Origin: Candidatus Moranbacteria bacterium GW2011_GWC2_37_8
GTDB taxonomy: Bacteria > Patescibacteriota > Minisyncoccia > Moranbacterales > GWC2-37-73
Reading direction: 5' to 3'
NCBI GenBank assembly: GCA_000992165.1
Contig: LBTS01000026.1
Coordinates: 1 to 38,657, forward strand
Length of the DNA stretch: 38,657 nucleotides
The position numbers and the translations under genes are program-made. Below the pieces are notes generated by a model, which was not told the DNA's origin, ran no database searches, and saw nothing but the letters and a program-made list of their open reading frames with translations. Numbering within the stretch: the stretch's first letter is position 1; each line of letters opens with the position of its first letter. Positions 34,501 to 38,657 of this stretch are shown piece by piece.

Positions 34501-34573
34501 ATTTATTTTTTGTGTACTTAATACACTCAGTATACCATACGAAAAAATATATTAGAATAGTTCCTTAATTTTA

Positions 34574-35623
34574 TTATTCGACTACCCGCAAAGATTCGAT
34601 TCCAGGCATATGATTTCCACTTAAATATTCAAGCATGGCGCCACCTCCAGTTGATACAAATGAAACCTTATCCATCAGATTATTCTCTTCCAAAACCTGC
34701 ACTGATTCACCACCTCCGATCAAGGTAAAGGCATCGCTTTCAATAATAGCATCTAAAATTTCCTTAGTTCCGCAATCATATGGCTTTTCTTCAAACTTAC
34801 CCATAGGGCCATTCCAAACAACTACTTTTGATACAGCGATAATATCTTTAAATCTAGCAATAGTTTTCGGACCTATATCCAAACGATCAATGGCAAAATC
34901 CATTGGCAAGATAACTTTTGAGGAAAATTCTGTTTTTTGATCTATCGCCTCATTTGCTATTTTTCCACCTACTAGAATATGAGCATATGTTTGCTCAAAT
35001 TTATTAATCAATGGCAACTTAGTTTCAATTTTCGCACCTCCAATAATAGCCGTGGCTGGCTGAAGAGGCTCATGGATAACCTTGTTAAGATTTTTTATTT
35101 CCTCTTGAAGCCAAAGACCAGCAAAGCTCGGGAGAAACTTTGTCACCCCAGTCACCGAAGCTTGATCGCGATGACAAACACTAAATGCATCATTCACAAA
35201 TACGTCAAAATTCTCTGCCAATTGTTTAGCAAATTCAGCATCATTAACTTCTTCCTCACTGTGAAATCTTACATTTTCCAATAAAAGAATTTCTCCTTCT
35301 TGAAGCTTTTCCAAAGATTTGGCAACTTTTTCACCTATACATTCATCGATAAACACAATTTTTTTATTTAATATCTTCTCCAATTCTTCCTTGATCTGGC
35401 CTAATGAAAATTCAAGATTGACTTTTCCATCTGGCCTCCCCAGATGAGACATTAAAGCGACCTTAGCGCCCTGCTGCCCAGATAAATGATCAACAGATTT
35501 TTTGCAGGCTTCCAATTTGTAATGTTCTTGAATTTTACCATCCACTATCGCCACATTGAAATCAGCTCTCACTAAAACCTTCTTACTAAGAAATACTCCT
35601 TCTTGAATTTTTTTAATATTCAT
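34574..35623 (-). CDS. pgk: phosphoglycerate kinase (short form)
   Basis: RADFNV, SHLGRP, LLENVRF, GGAK, WNGPMG, STGGGA. Confidence 0.96.
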   Translation of the reverse strand: MNIKKIQEGVFLSKKVLVRADFNVAIVDGKIQEHYKLEACKKSVDHLSGQQGAKVALMSHLGRPDGKVNLEFSLGQIKEELEKILNKKIVFIDECIGEKVAKSLEKLQEGEILLLENVRFHSEEEVNDAEFAKQLAENFDVFVNDAFSVCHRDQASVTGVTKFLPSFAGLWLQEEIKNLNKVIHEPLQPATAIIGGAKIETKLPLINKFEQTYAHILVGGKIANEAIDQKTEFSSKVILPMDFAIDRLDIGPKTIARFKDIIAVSKVVVWNGPMGKFEEKPYDCGTKEILDAIIESDAFTLIGGGESVQVLEENNLMDKVSFVSTGGGAMLEYLSGNHMPGIESLRVVE

Positions 35624-35638
35624 ATTTAGATTGGCATA

Positions 35639-35761
35639 TAACTGATAACTTGCAACTGATAACCAAAAATATCGAGTTTGTTTCTTGCTATATTGTTATC
35701 AGCTATATATTGCTAGTTATATATTATATATTATATGTTATATGTTATAAGTTATATGTTA
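35639..35761. repeat. 7-mer inverted tandem-repeat cassette (TAACTGA / GTTATAT)
   Basis: taactga taacttg caactga taac ... gttatca gctatat ... gttatat attatat attatat gttatat gttataa gttatat. Confidence 0.85.
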
Positions 35762-35766
35762 TTTAT

Positions 35767-36867
35767 TTATCTTCCCATTCCAAAAATTGCAATCACAACT
35801 CCCATAAGAGCTGTAACCATTGTAAAAATCCAGGCACGCATAACAATTTTACATTCCGGCCATCCCTTAGCTTCAAAATGATGATGCAGGGGTGCCGCTA
35901 AGAAAACTTTACGATGAAAATATTTTTTACTTAAGAGTTGAATTGTCACACTGCCTGATTCCAACACATATACAAGCACTATCAAAAACAAAACCACAGC
36001 TGAATTTGTAAGCATTGCAACGACGCCAAGAGTTGTGCCTAATGACATCGCTCCAGTATCCCCCATCATAAAGCGAGCTGGCTGTATATTGAACCACAGA
36101 AAGGCTAGGATCACGCCTGACATAGCTGCGCAAAAAGCTGAAAGATTAACTTTATTTTGAAAAAATGCGATGATTGCAAAGGAAAAAAAGGCCAGCAATA
36201 AAACCCCGCCATTAAGACCATCGAGTCCATCTGTTTCATTTGAAGAAACTGCAGCAAATAAAATTACGAAAATAAAAAGAGGAATATACCAAAGACCGAT
36301 TGAAAAATCTCCAAAAGCCGGGATATGCAAAACATCCCAACCTAATTTGTAGTAAAACCAAAATCCGCCAGCTGTCGCAATAGCAATTAGCCAGCCGAAA
36401 CGCATCGCAAAACGCATTCCGCCGCCCTTATTTTTCCCCCAACCTCGCACACTCATAACATCATCAAAAAGTCCCAAAACTCCAGCTGAAGCCAGCGCGA
36501 AAAGAGGAAGCCATACTTCCTTACGGCTCAAAAAATCGAGTCTGGCCAAAAAATTCATATCAAAAAGTTTTCCAAAAAACGGGAAAAGGAAATGGGAAGA
36601 GAAGGCCAATATGATAATAGAAATCCACATTATTACTCCACCCATCGTAGGTGTTCCAGATTTATGAGCATGTAAGCTGCTGACAAATTTCAGCTTCTCT
36701 CCGTTTACATCACTGCTTTTAATCTTAATACCGAGTTTATATTTATAAAGTAAATGCGTCCAAAGTGGAGTAATCGCAAAAGCCAAAATGAATGCAATCA
36801 GCCCAGTACTAAGAACCTTGAGAACATTAACTACTTCTGGAATTGTTTGAATTTGTGCAAATTGCAT
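35767..36867 (-). CDS. mraY: phospho-N-acetylmuramoyl-pentapeptide transferase
   Basis: KSGTPTMGG, GLFDD, NETDGLDGL, MGDTG, APLHHHFE. Confidence 0.97.
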   Translation of the reverse strand: MQFAQIQTIPEVVNVLKVLSTGLIAFILAFAITPLWTHLLYKYKLGIKIKSSDVNGEKLKFVSSLHAHKSGTPTMGGVIMWISIIILAFSSHFLFPFFGKLFDMNFLARLDFLSRKEVWLPLFALASAGVLGLFDDVMSVRGWGKNKGGGMRFAMRFGWLIAIATAGGFWFYYKLGWDVLHIPAFGDFSIGLWYIPLFIFVILFAAVSSNETDGLDGLNGGVLLLAFFSFAIIAFFQNKVNLSAFCAAMSGVILAFLWFNIQPARFMMGDTGAMSLGTTLGVVAMLTNSAVVLFLIVLVYVLESGSVTIQLLSKKYFHRKVFLAAPLHHHFEAKGWPECKIVMRAWIFTMVTALMGVVIAIFGMGR

Positions 36868-36877
36868 TTGATTAAAT

Positions 36878-36963
36878 CACTAATCAACACTAATTAACCA
36901 CTAATTTTCACTAATAATTTATTTGTGCTGATTCGTGAGTATTTTTATTTGTGATTATTCGTG
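36878..36963. repeat. 10/11-mer inverted tandem-repeat cassette (CACTAAT / ATT(C/T)GTG)
   Basis: Four CACTAAT units followed by four ATTYGTG units. Confidence 0.85.
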
Positions 36964-36969
36964 ACTTGG

Positions 36970-38004
36970 CTATTGCCAAGTATAAGCTTTGAATGTCCAA
37001 TCAATTGCAGTGCGGATATCTTGCCAACGATGACTGTCATCCAATAAAACTGCAATGATTCGATGTTTACCAGTTGGGTCAGTAGCTCCCATGAGAAGTG
37101 AGTATCCAGCCAGTGGCGTAAAGCCAGTTTTTCCGCCTATAACATCTGGGACTTCATTAAGAATAAGATCAGTATTTAAAATCGTATGAACAAGGTTCCC
37201 ATCCATTGAAGCAACTTTGGTATTACTTGGCTGCCTAAAAACTTTCCAGATATAATCGTAGCGCATCGAGTAAGCAGCGATTCTTCCGATATCATATGCG
37301 GAAGAATAACATTCAGATTCTCGTCCATCAATTTCCAAGCCTGAAGCTGTGCAGAAATGAGTATTAGATAATCCAAGTTGCTTGGCTTTTAAATTCATGA
37401 CCTCGGCAAAAGACTCCTGAGTCCCTGACATATGTTTAGCTAGTGCAATTGCCGCATCATTAGCACTGTTCATTAGCATTGCTTGCAATAAATTGCGAGC
37501 TGAAATTTTTTCATCAATTTTTAATCGCTGACTAATGCAATAACCACTTCGAGGGCATCCTACTTTAGTACCTTCAATATATACTTCTTCTTCTCCAATA
37601 GTGACCGCCTCATCAAGATCCTTTATTTTTTCCATTGCTAATGTAGCAGTCATCATTTTAGTTAATGATGCTATTTGTCTCTCATCCGTTGGATGATTAC
37701 CTGCTAAAAGCTCTCCAGTGTCAGCATCAATGATTGCAAATGCATGCGCATTCGGAAGCACTAAATTAGAAACATTCTCATTTCTAACGGTCTTATATTT
37801 AGGATTATCCACTGCTTGAGCCTTCAGCTTAATAGGTTCAGGTATCTTTTGAATTTCTGTGCCTTTTACTGAACCTTGAACAGCAGTTTCAATCCCATAT
37901 CCATCAGCCTGCACAAATCTGCCACTCGAAAGACCCTCATGAAAAAGCAAAAGGGAATTAAGCGGAAACGCAATAATCATTAAAATGGTTGCCCCTATAC
38001 CCAT
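36970..38004 (-). CDS. serine-type D-Ala-D-Ala carboxypeptidase (peptidase S11)
   Basis: IASLTK (SxxK), SAN (SxN) and KTG motifs. Confidence 0.93.
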   Translation of the reverse strand: MGIGATILMIIAFPLNSLLLFHEGLSSGRFVQADGYGIETAVQGSVKGTEIQKIPEPIKLKAQAVDNPKYKTVRNENVSNLVLPNAHAFAIIDADTGELLAGNHPTDERQIASLTKMMTATLAMEKIKDLDEAVTIGEEEVYIEGTKVGCPRSGYCISQRLKIDEKISARNLLQAMLMNSANDAAIALAKHMSGTQESFAEVMNLKAKQLGLSNTHFCTASGLEIDGRESECYSSAYDIGRIAAYSMRYDYIWKVFRQPSNTKVASMDGNLVHTILNTDLILNEVPDVIGGKTGFTPLAGYSLLMGATDPTGKHRIIAVLLDDSHRWQDIRTAIDWTFKAYTWQ

Positions 38005-38013
38005 ATTTATATA

Positions 38014-38043
38014 AAATTTTCAATTTATAATTTTCAATTTTCA
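38014..38043. repeat. 7-mer AATTTTC tandem repeat, single arm
   Basis: aattttc aatttat aattttc aattttc. Confidence 0.65.
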
Positions 38044-38082
38044 TTGAATGTTCAGCTTTTTATCCACCAACCGTTAGCTAAA

Positions 38083-38655
38083 CTAATGTTGATTTTGATC
38101 ACTTGAGTCGTTGCTTTCAATAATAGAATTAATCCTACTATCTACTGATAGTGTAGCATATTCTGGCAGATTTTTCACATCATTAATTCCAAGCTTCTTA
38201 AGAAAATCAAAAGAGATAGCATAAACATATCCACGGTTATCACGTGGGTTGTCGTTTCGTTCAATAAGTCCGCGCAATAGAAGATTTCTTAAGGTATAAG
38301 AACAGTTTACTCCGCGAATTTGTTCAATCTCAGCTTTTGAAATAGGACCTCGATAAGCAATGATCGAAATAACCTCCATAGCTGAACCTGAAAGAGAATC
38401 CGTGAGTTCACTTTTTACCAATCCCTCAACGAATTCAGTGTTTTCAGATTTCGCAGCAAGCTGAACTTCCTCGCCTTTTCGCAAAAGCATCAAGCCACTT
38501 TCAGATTGAGTATATTTTTCACCCAGAGCATCTATAGCTTTTTCAACATCCTCAATTTTAGATGATATTATTTTTACCAATTTTGCCAATTTAACTGGCT
38601 CACCGCTTACAAATAAAATGCTCTCAATAATTGATTGTAATTTTTCAATTTCCAT
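38083..38655 (-). CDS. scpB: SMC-Scp complex subunit ScpB
   Basis: IESILFVSGEPV, IIAYRGPISKAEIEQIRGVN. Confidence 0.95.
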   Translation of the reverse strand: MEIEKLQSIIESILFVSGEPVKLAKLVKIISSKIEDVEKAIDALGEKYTQSESGLMLLRKGEEVQLAAKSENTEFVEGLVKSELTDSLSGSAMEVISIIAYRGPISKAEIEQIRGVNCSYTLRNLLLRGLIERNDNPRDNRGYVYAISFDFLKKLGINDVKNLPEYATLSVDSRINSIIESNDSSDQNQH

Positions 38656-38657
38656 AC

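Noticed and set aside
35650..35901. ORF 35650..35901 (+) with Y/V/I periodicity
   Set aside because: It is a translation of the 7-mer repeat array plus mraY antisense sequence
818..37376. Numerous short antisense or nested ORFs in the track
   Set aside because: They are shadows of well-supported genes, with no motifs or expression signals
1..38657. Alternative genetic code (UGA=Gly, code 25)
   Set aside because: Conserved genes are full length under code 11, and TGA serves as a normal stop in several of them

Overview
AT-rich bacterial chromosome segment whose gene content and style point to a Patescibacteria/CPR (Parcubacteria-like) genome. This taxonomy is inferred from the short 16S V1 helix, the shortened PGK, the collapsed frr-rseP locus and the orphan FtsA-like plus baseplate-J-like gene pair. 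Nearly all genes are on the minus strand. From right to left: scpB, D-Ala-D-Ala carboxypeptidase, mraY, pgk, eno, PfkB kinase, FtsA-like protein, split baseplate-J-like gene, infA-rpmJ-rpsM-rpsK-rpsD-rpoA-rplQ-rplM-rpsI, a PEGA protein and tRNA-Lys (+ strand), frr-rseP, greA, lysS plus a run of nucleotide-processing genes, serS plus a second such run, GH1 beta-glucosidase, and the promoter, leader and 5' end of a 16S rRNA gene. The most striking signals are non-coding. (1) Short-tandem-repeat cassettes (7-, 8- and 10/11-mers, mostly as two inverted arms) occupy most gene junctions of the housekeeping operons; one 8-mer family has 7 copies. (2) A promoter-to-terminator locus holds two tRNA-like RNAs without an anticodon arm (9023-9283). 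(3) Several REP/MITE-like palindromic elements occur, some with nested mini-insertions. (4) A pseudoknot-like leader lies upstream of infA. In addition, lysS and serS are each followed directly by a paralogous HD phosphohydrolase. All calls come from reading the sequence; no database searches were run.
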